Part shown: positions 15,875 through 25,439 of the stretch, piece by piece
Position numbering within the stretch: position 1 is the stretch's first letter
Layout of the letters: the number at the start of each line of letters is the position of its first letter
Source: a virus
Taxonomy: Duplodnaviria; Caudoviricetes
Virus record (IMG/VR): IMGVR_UViG_3300048837_000071
Location: 1 to 44,437 of that record
Strand: one strand, 5' to 3'
DNA: 44,437 nt
Position numbers and translations under genes: made by a program
Notes under the pieces: model-generated
The model's database searches: none
What the model was told of the DNA's origin: nothing
What the model saw: only the letters and a program-made list of their open reading frames with translations

Positions 15875-18800
15875 TACTGCTTTTGATACCCGGTGAGTAC
15901 CGCGAGCGGGTTGTCCGTCTCGCCTTCGCTGAGCGCGTTGATGCCACCGATCGTCCGGTTGATCTGCGCCGAGGGGAGTCCGGTCAAGTCGCCCAGGACG
16001 TTGACCGAAGCGCGGACGAACGCCTCGTCGAACTCGCCTTGATGCGCCTGCGTCGCGAGTTTGTACGAGTCGGCGATGAGCCGCACGCCGGCCGGCCCGG
16101 TGTAGTCGCGGAAGCCTTCGGCTCCGGTGACGATCTTCGCCGCCGCGGAGAACTCGCGAACGATCACCATCGTGCCCATGAGGTAGGACAATTGCTCGGC
16201 CGCCAGCTTGCGCGCGAGTTCCTCCGGATCATCATCGTCGCCCCCGGGGGTGAGCACATCCTTGAGGAGCGCACCCAGGACAGACGGTACGGTGAACAGC
16301 AGGAGGTAATCGGCCGCGAGCCGCCCCTTGCTCTTTGCCGTCATCGTCTGCGTGCCGGCCAGGTTGAACACCGTGTTCATGAACCCGTAGAACACGGTAA
16401 AGAGTTTCGACGCCTGACCCCCGCGCTCGATCGCGGCGAGATCCTTGACTTGCCCACCACCTTGCGAATCGATGACCGCTTGATCGGCGAGTGCAATTGC
16501 TCGGGCTTCGTCGTTTCCCTCGGCAAGTGCCTTCTCGTGCGCGCCGATCCACGTCGGCACGTCGACCATCGTTTGCGCTTTCATGAGGAGGAAGTATGTC
16601 CCTCGCTTGATCGCGCCGCCAGCGGCCGTCTCGCCCTGTACCTTGTTCCGGAGTTCGTTCAATTCCCGCCAGCGCGTGAGCGCACGATTGCGCATGAACT
16701 CCGACGCCTCGCGCACCTCGCGCGCCGCACGTACCGGGTTCGCGATGTAGTCGGCGATGCCGCGGCCGACCCATCCCGGGCCGACTCGGACGATCGATTG
16801 CGTGAAGCCTAACCCTTGCATCGCAGCTGAGACGATGTTGAACCCCAGCCCTGCCGCCGATATGTTCTGCCGCAATCGGCCGAGCGCAGCGTCGGCGGCA
16901 TCCTGAGAAGGTTTGTCGCCTTGCGCGATGTCTTGAATCCACGTCTTGAATTGGCGAACCGTCTCGGGTCCGTACTTACCCCGGATCGCCGCGTCGAGCC
17001 GTTGCGATCGCATAAGCCGGTTCGTGTCGATGAGCCACTCGTGCCAAGTGAGATCATGGATCACCTCGTTCGTGCCTTGATACAGCCCCGCCAGCGAGTA
17101 GAGGAGGGGTCGCCCGACGACTTCCTCGCTCCGCGCTTTGGTGAAGCTGCGCCGCGTTGTGGCGCTCGTGTAGGCCCCGCGCATCATGTCCCGGGCCGTC
17201 TCCGCGTCGGAGTGCTGTTCGGCGCGCTGGGACGCGGCAGGGTCGTACTTGATGGGGTAATAGCCCCCGCGCACTTCCGGCGCGATTTGCTGGGCGAGCG
17301 CGATGGCGGGCGAGCCGGGTTCGACCCAGTTCGGTTCCTTGCCGTATACGCGCTTCTCTTTCGCGGCGATCTCCGGGCGGTATTGTTCGAAGTGATCCCA
17401 TATCGCCTGCACCGCTTTCCACTCGTCCGCAGTCACGGCGCGCAGGACCGGGGCCAATTGCTCGAGCGTCCAGCCCTCACCGCCGAGCAGTCGTTGCAGG
17501 TTCCCCTCGTTGCCGACGTTGAGCGCGATTGCGATGCGCTCCTCGCGGTTGAGCGATCGACCGATCGAGTCGAAGCGCATCCCCTTACCGTGCATCTTCC
17601 CTTGCTTGAACACCGGGGCCAGGATCGCCGCGAGCGATTGCGTCGCCTGGGCGCGCATCGTCACTTCCCGGTCACCCGCCTCGTTCGCTGAGCGCACGAA
17701 GTATTCCCACATCGGACCGCCGTCGTTGCCGCCGTCGAGCACACGGGCCAGCGCCGCGGCCTTCCAGTGCGCCTTGCGGAACTGGCGAAGTTTCTGAGCC
17801 GCTTGTCCGAGCGCGGTCGTCGGCGTGCGCGTATCGGCCTGTCGATCCCCGGCGTGCAAGGCGATGCTGTCGGTCAGTTCGACGATCGCCGCCTCGAGTT
17901 CGCGTTGATCCTTCGCCGTGAGAAGTTTGTTTTTCAGCCGACCCAGGTGTTCGATCTGCTTCACCGTGTCGACCAGCCCTCGGACCTGCTCGACGGTCAT
18001 TTCCCGGTAGGAGGTGCGGAACGCTTCGTTCAGCAGTTCGGGCGGCACGTCAGGCTCGAACCCTTCCTCGCGTTTGTTCTCGATCCAGTCCCGGAGCGAC
18101 TTCATCCGGTCGACGGATTTGAGCGTCGCCGCCTTGAGCGAGAAGCGCTCGAGGAGGTTGTCGATCTGATCGAGGTATTCTTGATCGACCCCCTTCACGT
18201 CGCGATCGAACTTGCGCAGGTAGCGCAACGCACGCTCGACTTCCGTTTGCGCGTCGTAGGTCGACTTCGTGAGGTACGTGTTCACGAGTTGATTGCGCTT
18301 CTCGGCCGCGGCGATTTCGAGATCGTCGGACTTCATCGCCTTCTCAGCGGCACGCGCGGCCCGGGATGCGGCCGACGCGTATTGCGAGGGGCGAAGGTCG
18401 CGGACCTTTTGCCGGTCGATCGTGAGCCGTGCGAACTCGCGTGCGGCCGTCGTGAGCACCTTGGGCTTTCCGGTCGCTTTGGCGAGCGCGTTGAGTTCGG
18501 TCGCGACGAACTTCGCCCGGGCTTCTGAGTGGATCGCCTTGTCGGCTTCGCGCTCGATCGACTGTTGATCGATGAGTTCGCCGTAGCGTTCGAGCATCGC
18601 GGCGTCGGTGCGTTGCTCGATCTCGTCGCGCGGTTTCTGTGCGGCGGCCAGGGTGCGAACGAGATCGTCTCCGGAGGTGAAGCCGAATTGCTCGGCGACG
18701 ACGTCCGGATGCAATCCCTCGTCGGCCGTCATGCGTAGCCCGCGGACATGCGCGAGGATCTGATCCGGGATGCCCGACTCGTTGAGCGCTGCGCGCGACA

Positions 18801-21800
18801 GTCGCGGCCCGTCCTTTTGGGTGAGGAAATCCCAAGCCCGATAGACCGGCTCGCTCATCACCTCGGTGCGCACTTCCATGCGCACCTCGCGACGACGCTC
18901 AGCCGACAAGCGCTTCAACCGGGCGATCTCCCGGGAGCGCTTGTTGTTGAGCCATTGCATGTCGCGCAAGCCCTTGGCTTGGAGATCCTCGGTCGCGTCG
19001 TTCGTCGCGTCGGTGTGCGCCGACTGGTAGGCGGCCCATTCTTCCGGGTCCATCTTCGTCTGATCGGCGTTTTCGAATAGCGGCATCATCGAGCGGCCTT
19101 GCTCGGCGAGCTTGATCTCTTCGGTCGTCGCGAGCATGCGGTCCATGACCCCGCGCACCGTGTCGTCAAGTTCGACATTCAGGTTGCGCAATTCCCGGTA
19201 GATCGAGAGGAGCCAGGCCCGGAACCGTTGGAATAGCCCGTGCAGTTCGACGGCCGGCGCCTTGCCCTCGAACAGATACGCCTCGAAACCGCGGGCGAAT
19301 TGCTCGTGATAGGCGCGCTTCTCTTCGAAGTCGAGCCCGGTCCACGTCGCGAGATCCGGCACGCCGAACCACTTCATGAGCGCGTTCACATCGGCGAGCA
19401 CCTCGCGCTCGCCCGGGGTGAGATCCGTTCGGCCTTCCATTTCGCCCGCGAGGGTGACGAGCGTCTCGAGGAAGTAATGTCCGGACTCGTGCAGGAACGA
19501 ACTTAGATCCGACTGCGGCGTGAGGCTGATTGTGTTCGTCGACGGGTTGAACGCTGCGCGCGGCGCTCCGGTGTTTTGTAGGAACTCATCGCGCTCGGCC
19601 TGCGTGACCGGCGTCCCGTCCTTGTGCGTGATCTTGATGAGCGAGTCGTCGAACACGACGAGGTTGCGCGTCCCTTCGCCGTCGGATCGGGAGCCTGCGT
19701 CGAGGTATTTGATTCCAGGGATGCCGATGGAATTGAGGTATTCAGACGCGGCTTTGTCGGAGCCGAGTTCGCGACTCAATCCTTTATAGGCTTGCTTGCC
19801 CGTTGTGTCGTCTACGGTGCGACCTATTGCCCGCTCTTCCGAACGAATATCACGCCCAGCGAACGTCTTGATTCGTTCGATCACACGTTCGCCGATAGCG
19901 ATTAACTGGTGCCCTTCCGGTAGCTTTTGACGCCGTTCCTCAAGGCGCATCACTGCTTGAGCTAGAACAACATCGTATCCGCGCGAAGCGATGCTCTTAA
20001 CTGTGCTGAAATCGGGGTCGCTTGGGTCGAACCTATTTCCATCAAGAAACACCGGGTATTCGTAGTTCGGCTCGACGTACTTAACAAGAGCTTGCACTTC
20101 CGGCGCCTGCTCGCTCAGCGGCTTGTCCAAATCCAGCATCCGCGCGACCGCCTCGTCGGGGATGTCGACTTGGTATAGGGCGCCGGCTCGTTTATCAACA
20201 AGTGGGAGTTCGGCGCCGCTTTCCAACAAATCCGCCGCGCTATTCCAGACTTCACGCAAGTCGTTTGAATAGTTAGAACTCGCCGCACTTCGAAGAATGT
20301 CCGCGGTGCGTTTTACATCCCCGTCGTTCCCGACGAGCGTCACCGCCGCGACATGCGACGGGTTCTCGGCGTCGATTGGTTGCCCGTTGATGAAATACTG
20401 CACCTCAGATAAATTCTTCCGATACCACTCCGCAATCCCCTTGTTCTCAGCAAAGTACAATCCCCAGCCGTACGCCTGCACCCCCTCGCCCGTGCCGATC
20501 TTCGATAGATCGAATCGGTCGAAGATATGCGGCGAGCCGTGGAACGCGGGTTGGTTCAGGATGTTGGGGTCGTTGGGGTCGAACGTGCCGCGGTTGCCGA
20601 TGGCGGATTTGATTTGCTCGGGGGAGAAAACTACCGCCCCGACCTCATCAAACCCGTCACCTTTCGACCGTTTGAAGATAACTCCGTCATGCCCTAGCGT
20701 CTTGGCGGCCTTTACAAGCGCCCCTTGGTTATAGTCGAAAGCATCTTCCGCTGCGTTAAAAGGTCCGTCCTTGTCCGTTATTACGAGAGGGTTTTTTAAA
20801 GAGAGATACACCGGGACGACATTTGCCCCAGGTTCGACCTCTTTTGCGAAAGTTGATTTCGGATTCCAGCTAACCGCTGCGTTTGCCAAACTATCCGCAT
20901 AAACCGAGGCACGGTTGGTTCGACTCGTGAAGTAATAACCTTGGGAGACATTGAACCTTCCACCGACGTTACCGAACGACTCAAAATCCCCGCGCGTCCC
21001 GTGATACACCACAAGCGGCTTGCCCTGCGCGTCGACGACCTTGCTGTCGCCGAACCACTGGCGGAACGCTTCCGAGTCTTGATTCAAAACCCCCGCGCCC
21101 TCGTTCATCCGCGATTGCACACGAAGCTTAGACCGTCGATAAAGTTCGCCCGGTGCGACGCCCATGCGCGCACCCATGACCGCGAAGAACCGCGCGGTAA
21201 GTGAAGCATACGCGTCGTTCACCTCCGGGCGGAAGCGTTTCGTCGCGTCGAGTTCTGCGCGCACCGCCGCCTTCACCTCGTCGACTTGCGCGCGGAACCC
21301 GTCGTCCTTGTTCTGCTCGTTTACGATCCGATCGACTTCGGACTTGAGTTCCTCGGCCGCCCCGGATTGCATGTACTCCTGCGCCTCGCGCCGGCTGAAC
21401 CCGTTCGGCGAGTCCTTGAGATCGTCGAGCAATGCCGGACCGATGTCGGTCGGCGCCACGCGCGCCGAGTACTCGGCGAACGGAATGCGCACCGTACCCC
21501 CGCTCGCAACGGCAAGGGGTAGTTGCTGTGCCACCGACGGCGAGACTTGCGAAAGCGCTTCGGCCGCGCCCGACTGCATGAGCACGTTCGCGTCGATGTA
21601 GAGATCCTTCACCGGGCCGGCTTCCTGAATCTGCTCGGCGAAGCGCTCGAAGCTCGTCGGATCACGTTCGAGCACCTTGCTCGCCGCCGCGAGTTCGTTG
21701 AGCTTGCCGATCGCCTCGGCGCGGATCTCGGCTTGCTGCGCTTCCCGGGCGCGCAGTTCCATCCGTCGGGCCAGCGCTCCGGCGCCGTCGAAGATCCCGG

Positions 21801-22986
21801 ATTGAACGATCGTGCCGATGACCGTTTGCCGGATCTCCTCGGGCAATTCCTTCGCGAAGTCGCCCCACGTCTTCCCCGGGTTCGCAATCGCCGTGTCAGT
21901 CGCCGACTGCGCGATGGTCGTCGCGATCTCGCTTGGGATCTCGCGCGCCAGCATGCCGGCGACGAACTCGCTCATCCCCGCGCGCCCGAAGCGCTGCACC
22001 ATGTAATCGAGCGGGATCTTCTCCCCCAGGACTTCGGCCAAGCCCTCGAGCCCGGCGCCGAGTGCGGCTTCGCCCTTGCTGCCGCCTCGATCGCGATACT
22101 TCGAATACGCGGGCGCGGCCGTCTGCGCGAAAAACGAGGCAAGGGCGGCCGGCGAGGAGTAGAACCCCGCGACGATCGCCGGGGTCGACTGCGCCGTCGA
22201 GATCACCCCGCGGTAAATGTCGCCCGGCAATCCGTCCGGGTTCGGCGTGTCGAGGAACTGTCGGTTCAACGACTGTCGATTCATCCGCTGCGCATCGGCC
22301 GCGACCGTGTCGAGCCCCAGCATGTCGCCGGCAAAGCGCCGAACCCCTTGCCGGGTTTGCTCAAACAATCCTTCGCTCAGCGCGGAGCGCACGCCAGCCA
22401 CGAGCGACGAGAGGGTCGTCGGTGGGCTGGACCATCCCCGCACCCCGCCCGGGCTGTTGTCGACCGTGTAGCGTTGCGAGAGCATCGCCCGCGCGGCGTC
22501 AGCATCGAGCGCCGGGTTGCGCGCCATCGTGTCTTGCACGAGCTTGGAGAACTCGCGCGAGGTGATCGCGGCTGTCTGCGGGCCGACAGTCGGTGCCTTG
22601 CGCTCCGGTCCCAGGATTGCGCGAGCAACGCGCTCGAACATCGAGAGCCCTTGCGCATCGTCGTGCGCGAGTTTCGCGAAGTCGGCGTCCGTGTATGCAC
22701 GCCGGGTGATGGGCGCGTCGGCCGTCGCCTCGTCGACTTGGCGTATGCGCGCGGCCCGCATGGCTTCATCCGGCACCGCTTCGACGGCGGCCGGCGTCGT
22801 GCCCAAGTACCCGGCAACCCGGTTGCGCTGACCGATCTGATCGGGCTTTGCGTCGACGCCCGTTGCGAGACTGGATCGGAGCGCTTGCTCGGACCAATCA
22901 CGCTCGGTGCGCATCGCATCGAGATACTCGTTCGAGCCCGTCGGCTTGGGGCCGCCCGCTTGAAGAAGTTCGAGGTATTCGTTCAT
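15874..22986 (-). CDS. Large polyvalent internal virion (ejection) protein with two ART-like modules and a zincin motif
   Basis: 2370 aa after the tail genes. Module 1: FRQWFGDSKVVD..GKPLVVYHGT...GYYFTS...VVFSPEQIKSA. Module 2: FHGSPH.FDRFD...GWGLYFAE...GIPGIKY...NLVVFDD. Then FLHESGH. Confidence 0.88.
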   Translation of the reverse strand: MNEYLELLQAGGPKPTGSNEYLDAMRTERDWSEQALRSSLATGVDAKPDQIGQRNRVAGYLGTTPAAVEAVPDEAMRAARIRQVDEATADAPITRRAYTDADFAKLAHDDAQGLSMFERVARAILGPERKAPTVGPQTAAITSREFSKLVQDTMARNPALDADAARAMLSQRYTVDNSPGGVRGWSSPPTTLSSLVAGVRSALSEGLFEQTRQGVRRFAGDMLGLDTVAADAQRMNRQSLNRQFLDTPNPDGLPGDIYRGVISTAQSTPAIVAGFYSSPAALASFFAQTAAPAYSKYRDRGGSKGEAALGAGLEGLAEVLGEKIPLDYMVQRFGRAGMSEFVAGMLAREIPSEIATTIAQSATDTAIANPGKTWGDFAKELPEEIRQTVIGTIVQSGIFDGAGALARRMELRAREAQQAEIRAEAIGKLNELAAASKVLERDPTSFERFAEQIQEAGPVKDLYIDANVLMQSGAAEALSQVSPSVAQQLPLAVASGGTVRIPFAEYSARVAPTDIGPALLDDLKDSPNGFSRREAQEYMQSGAAEELKSEVDRIVNEQNKDDGFRAQVDEVKAAVRAELDATKRFRPEVNDAYASLTARFFAVMGARMGVAPGELYRRSKLRVQSRMNEGAGVLNQDSEAFRQWFGDSKVVDAQGKPLVVYHGTRGDFESFGNVGGRFNVSQGYYFTSRTNRASVYADSLANAAVSWNPKSTFAKEVEPGANVVPVYLSLKNPLVITDKDGPFNAAEDAFDYNQGALVKAAKTLGHDGVIFKRSKGDGFDEVGAVVFSPEQIKSAIGNRGTFDPNDPNILNQPAFHGSPHIFDRFDLSKIGTGEGVQAYGWGLYFAENKGIAEWYRKNLSEVQYFINGQPIDAENPSHVAAVTLVGNDGDVKRTADILRSAASSNYSNDLREVWNSAADLLESGAELPLVDKRAGALYQVDIPDEAVARMLDLDKPLSEQAPEVQALVKYVEPNYEYPVFLDGNRFDPSDPDFSTVKSIASRGYDVVLAQAVMRLEERRQKLPEGHQLIAIGERVIERIKTFAGRDIRSEERAIGRTVDDTTGKQAYKGLSRELGSDKAASEYLNSIGIPGIKYLDAGSRSDGEGTRNLVVFDDSLIKITHKDGTPVTQAERDEFLQNTGAPRAAFNPSTNTISLTPQSDLSSFLHESGHYFLETLVTLAGEMEGRTDLTPGEREVLADVNALMKWFGVPDLATWTGLDFEEKRAYHEQFARGFEAYLFEGKAPAVELHGLFQRFRAWLLSIYRELRNLNVELDDTVRGVMDRMLATTEEIKLAEQGRSMMPLFENADQTKMDPEEWAAYQSAHTDATNDATEDLQAKGLRDMQWLNNKRSREIARLKRLSAERRREVRMEVRTEVMSEPVYRAWDFLTQKDGPRLSRAALNESGIPDQILAHVRGLRMTADEGLHPDVVAEQFGFTSGDDLVRTLAAAQKPRDEIEQRTDAAMLERYGELIDQQSIEREADKAIHSEARAKFVATELNALAKATGKPKVLTTAAREFARLTIDRQKVRDLRPSQYASAASRAARAAEKAMKSDDLEIAAAEKRNQLVNTYLTKSTYDAQTEVERALRYLRKFDRDVKGVDQEYLDQIDNLLERFSLKAATLKSVDRMKSLRDWIENKREEGFEPDVPPELLNEAFRTSYREMTVEQVRGLVDTVKQIEHLGRLKNKLLTAKDQRELEAAIVELTDSIALHAGDRQADTRTPTTALGQAAQKLRQFRKAHWKAAALARVLDGGNDGGPMWEYFVRSANEAGDREVTMRAQATQSLAAILAPVFKQGKMHGKGMRFDSIGRSLNREERIAIALNVGNEGNLQRLLGGEGWTLEQLAPVLRAVTADEWKAVQAIWDHFEQYRPEIAAKEKRVYGKEPNWVEPGSPAIALAQQIAPEVRGGYYPIKYDPAASQRAEQHSDAETARDMMRGAYTSATTRRSFTKARSEEVVGRPLLYSLAGLYQGTNEVIHDLTWHEWLIDTNRLMRSQRLDAAIRGKYGPETVRQFKTWIQDIAQGDKPSQDAADAALGRLRQNISAAGLGFNIVSAAMQGLGFTQSIVRVGPGWVGRGIADYIANPVRAAREVREASEFMRNRALTRWRELNELRNKVQGETAAGGAIKRGTYFLLMKAQTMVDVPTWIGAHEKALAEGNDEARAIALADQAVIDSQGGGQVKDLAAIERGGQASKLFTVFYGFMNTVFNLAGTQTMTAKSKGRLAADYLLLFTVPSVLGALLKDVLTPGGDDDDPEELARKLAAEQLSYLMGTMVIVREFSAAAKIVTGAEGFRDYTGPAGVRLIADSYKLATQAHQGEFDEAFVRASVNVLGDLTGLPSAQINRTIGGINALSEGETDNPLAVLTGYQKQ

Positions 22987-24794
22987 TTCGGCGCCGGGAT
23001 GAGTGCGCTTGCGCGCGATTGCTTGGCGAGGTAGAGCCGTCGGACGTTCTCTTCCGTCGGTGCGTAGAGCGGGTTGCTCGGATCACGCTTGTTCATTTCG
23101 TTGAGCGCTTCGGAAATCTTCGCGCGCTCAGCCTGCGGCACGACGACCTTCGCCGCCTCGTCCGGAGTGAGTTGGATCACGGGCACGTTCTTGCTCGACA
23201 TGCCGAGCCAGGTCGGCACCGCGACCGTCTTCGCCATTTCGCGCCGCATGAGTTCCATTTTCTCGGGTCGACTCAGTTCCTTGTTCCCGCGGGCGCGTTG
23301 CTCCTCGTCGATCAAGTGTTCGATGCGGAACAGCATTTCGCCCAGGGCGCGCTTTTGCCCTTCCGTCTTCGTCGGGTCGTATGGCTTCAATCCAAGTTCG
23401 TCGGCGACGTGGTTGAAGTCCTGTTGATCCATCGTCGCCTTCGTGCGCCCGGCCGCCGTTTGCAAGCTCTCGTGTTTCTTGAGGAGTTGCTCCGTCGCGT
23501 CGAGCCCGAAGAACGGGCGCAACGCCTGCACCTCGGTGCGCGTCATGCCGGCAAGCACGGACGGCGCCGAATAGGCGAGGTACGCGTCCCCGTTCTGCAT
23601 GAGCGACATGCGCTCGGCGCGCTGCATGTCGGTGAGGGCGCGCGACGACCGGGCCGCGGCCCGTTGCTCACGCACGAGCGCCTCGGATTCAAGCGACTTC
23701 CGGATCTCGTGTCGCTTCACCTCGGGTAGCGCCATCCATGCGTCGGAGCGCTGGATCTGAGCGAGCGGCACCCCTTGATCGACGAGCGCATAGACGCCGT
23801 TGATGTTCGCCGCGTTCGACTCGTTTTGTTGGGCGTTGAACGCGCTCGCCCGCTGGCGCAGTGCCGACACCCCGCGCTGCATCGCGTCTGGGTTGTCTTT
23901 CAACTTCTCCCGGAGCGCTTGCTCCATGTTGAAGATTTTCACCGGGTCGTTCGCCGTCTTCGGCCCGAGTTCGGTCCACACCCGATCGGCTTCCGCCTCG
24001 GCCGTTTGCAGGTCGCTCGCCTCTTTGATGACGCCTTGCATTTGCGCCCGGGCTTGCAAACTCATCGACGCCGAGTTCTCGTCGTAGTACGTCCGGGCCG
24101 CCGACGCGTTCCCCGACTTGAGCAAGCCCTGCATGATTCCGACGTGCATCGGGCTCATCGCCGCCTGCGTTTCCGCCTGGATCGTCTTGTCGTCCCAGCC
24201 CAAGCGTTTCGCCCGGGACTGCACTGCCGACGTGATCACCGCGCTCGATTGCTTGCGGATCGATGCGTCGCCGTAGAGCAACGCGGCTTGATCGGTCGCC
24301 ACTTGAATCGACGACTTGTCGTTGTCGTCGTCGAACTGGCGTTGCTCGCTAACCATGTGCGAGGCGAGCGAGTTGCGGAACTGGTTTAGGAGCGCGGCCG
24401 ATTGCCGGGTGAACTCAGTTTTCTGAACGTCGTTCCCCAGCCCGTCGCGAATCGAGGTGAGTTCTTTCTCGAGGTTCTCGGTGAACTCATCCGGGAGCGC
24501 TTTACCCCCGGGGCGCTCGAGCGCGTTCTTGCCGCGAAGCTGGATCGCCTGGACGTGCAGGTCGGTGCGACGCTTGATCGCCTGATTCACCGCATCGAGG
24601 ACGCGCGACTCGTTCGCCTGCTTCGCCATGTCCTCGCCGATTGCGGCCAGCGCGCCACCTGAGGCGAGCGCAGCGCGCGCCAAGCGGCGCGACTGCTCCC
24701 CTTGCACGTCCGGCATGTCGGGCGCGCTGTACGCGGCCCGCGGCCCGGTCTGGTAGCCGACTTGCGGCGTGTCGTATTGCGGGACCGTCAGCAT
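22983..24794 (-). CDS. Internal virion protein
   Basis: Long helical Ala/Gln-rich protein in the ejection-protein position. Confidence 0.75.
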   Translation of the reverse strand: MLTVPQYDTPQVGYQTGPRAAYSAPDMPDVQGEQSRRLARAALASGGALAAIGEDMAKQANESRVLDAVNQAIKRRTDLHVQAIQLRGKNALERPGGKALPDEFTENLEKELTSIRDGLGNDVQKTEFTRQSAALLNQFRNSLASHMVSEQRQFDDDNDKSSIQVATDQAALLYGDASIRKQSSAVITSAVQSRAKRLGWDDKTIQAETQAAMSPMHVGIMQGLLKSGNASAARTYYDENSASMSLQARAQMQGVIKEASDLQTAEAEADRVWTELGPKTANDPVKIFNMEQALREKLKDNPDAMQRGVSALRQRASAFNAQQNESNAANINGVYALVDQGVPLAQIQRSDAWMALPEVKRHEIRKSLESEALVREQRAAARSSRALTDMQRAERMSLMQNGDAYLAYSAPSVLAGMTRTEVQALRPFFGLDATEQLLKKHESLQTAAGRTKATMDQQDFNHVADELGLKPYDPTKTEGQKRALGEMLFRIEHLIDEEQRARGNKELSRPEKMELMRREMAKTVAVPTWLGMSSKNVPVIQLTPDEAAKVVVPQAERAKISEALNEMNKRDPSNPLYAPTEENVRRLYLAKQSRASALIPAPK

Positions 24795-25438
24795 TATCCA
24801 ATCTCCCAACGTCGCGCCGTCGGCAGCGCGAAGCTCGAATCGTCGTATTCCGGTGCCTTGGGTGCGTTCGACGGGCTATTGAACGCGCCGAGCTTGTTCA
24901 TCTGATACCACTTGCCGGCGACAGCACCCGCCCCTTCGAGCAACGTCGTCGCGGCGGCCGTGACCGGACTGATCGACCGGGCCGCGGCGCGCTTCATGAT
25001 CGCCTCGTTTTCGAAGTTTGTCGCCTGCGTCCGGTAGCCCCATGCCGCGCGCACCGCGTTGGCGTCGAGCGTGTTCTTGTCGATCTCCTTCATGATCTCG
25101 GTCGACGCGGCAACTTCGGCCGCCGACCCGGTCCCGAGATCCACACCGCGCCGCGCGAAGCTCACGCGTTGGGCGGCTTTGAGTTTTCCCGCGCGCATCG
25201 TGAGCGAAGCGACTTCCGACTTGCCGGCGAGAAGTGCAGATTGCGCCGTACCCTCGGCGATGCGCGCGTTGATCTCGGCGAGGTTCGCTTGCGTCTCGAG
25301 GTTGCGCCGTTGCAGTTTCGCCGAGTAGAACGAGCCGACGGTCCCGGTTGCCAGGCCGAACGCCATGAGCGGCATGCTCAGCGCGGCCGGGTTCCATTTC
25401 CCGTCCGTCGTCTTGAAGTCGTCGAAGAATCCCGCCAT
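24794..25438 (-). CDS. Internal virion protein (T7 gp14-like position)
   Basis: Hydrophobic N-terminus, Ala-rich, A.RGVDLG.GSA motif. Confidence 0.75.
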   Translation of the reverse strand: MAGFFDDFKTTDGKWNPAALSMPLMAFGLATGTVGSFYSAKLQRRNLETQANLAEINARIAEGTAQSALLAGKSEVASLTMRAGKLKAAQRVSFARRGVDLGTGSAAEVAASTEIMKEIDKNTLDANAVRAAWGYRTQATNFENEAIMKRAAARSISPVTAAATTLLEGAGAVAGKWYQMNKLGAFNSPSNAPKAPEYDDSSFALPTARRWEIG

Positions 25439-25439
25439 G

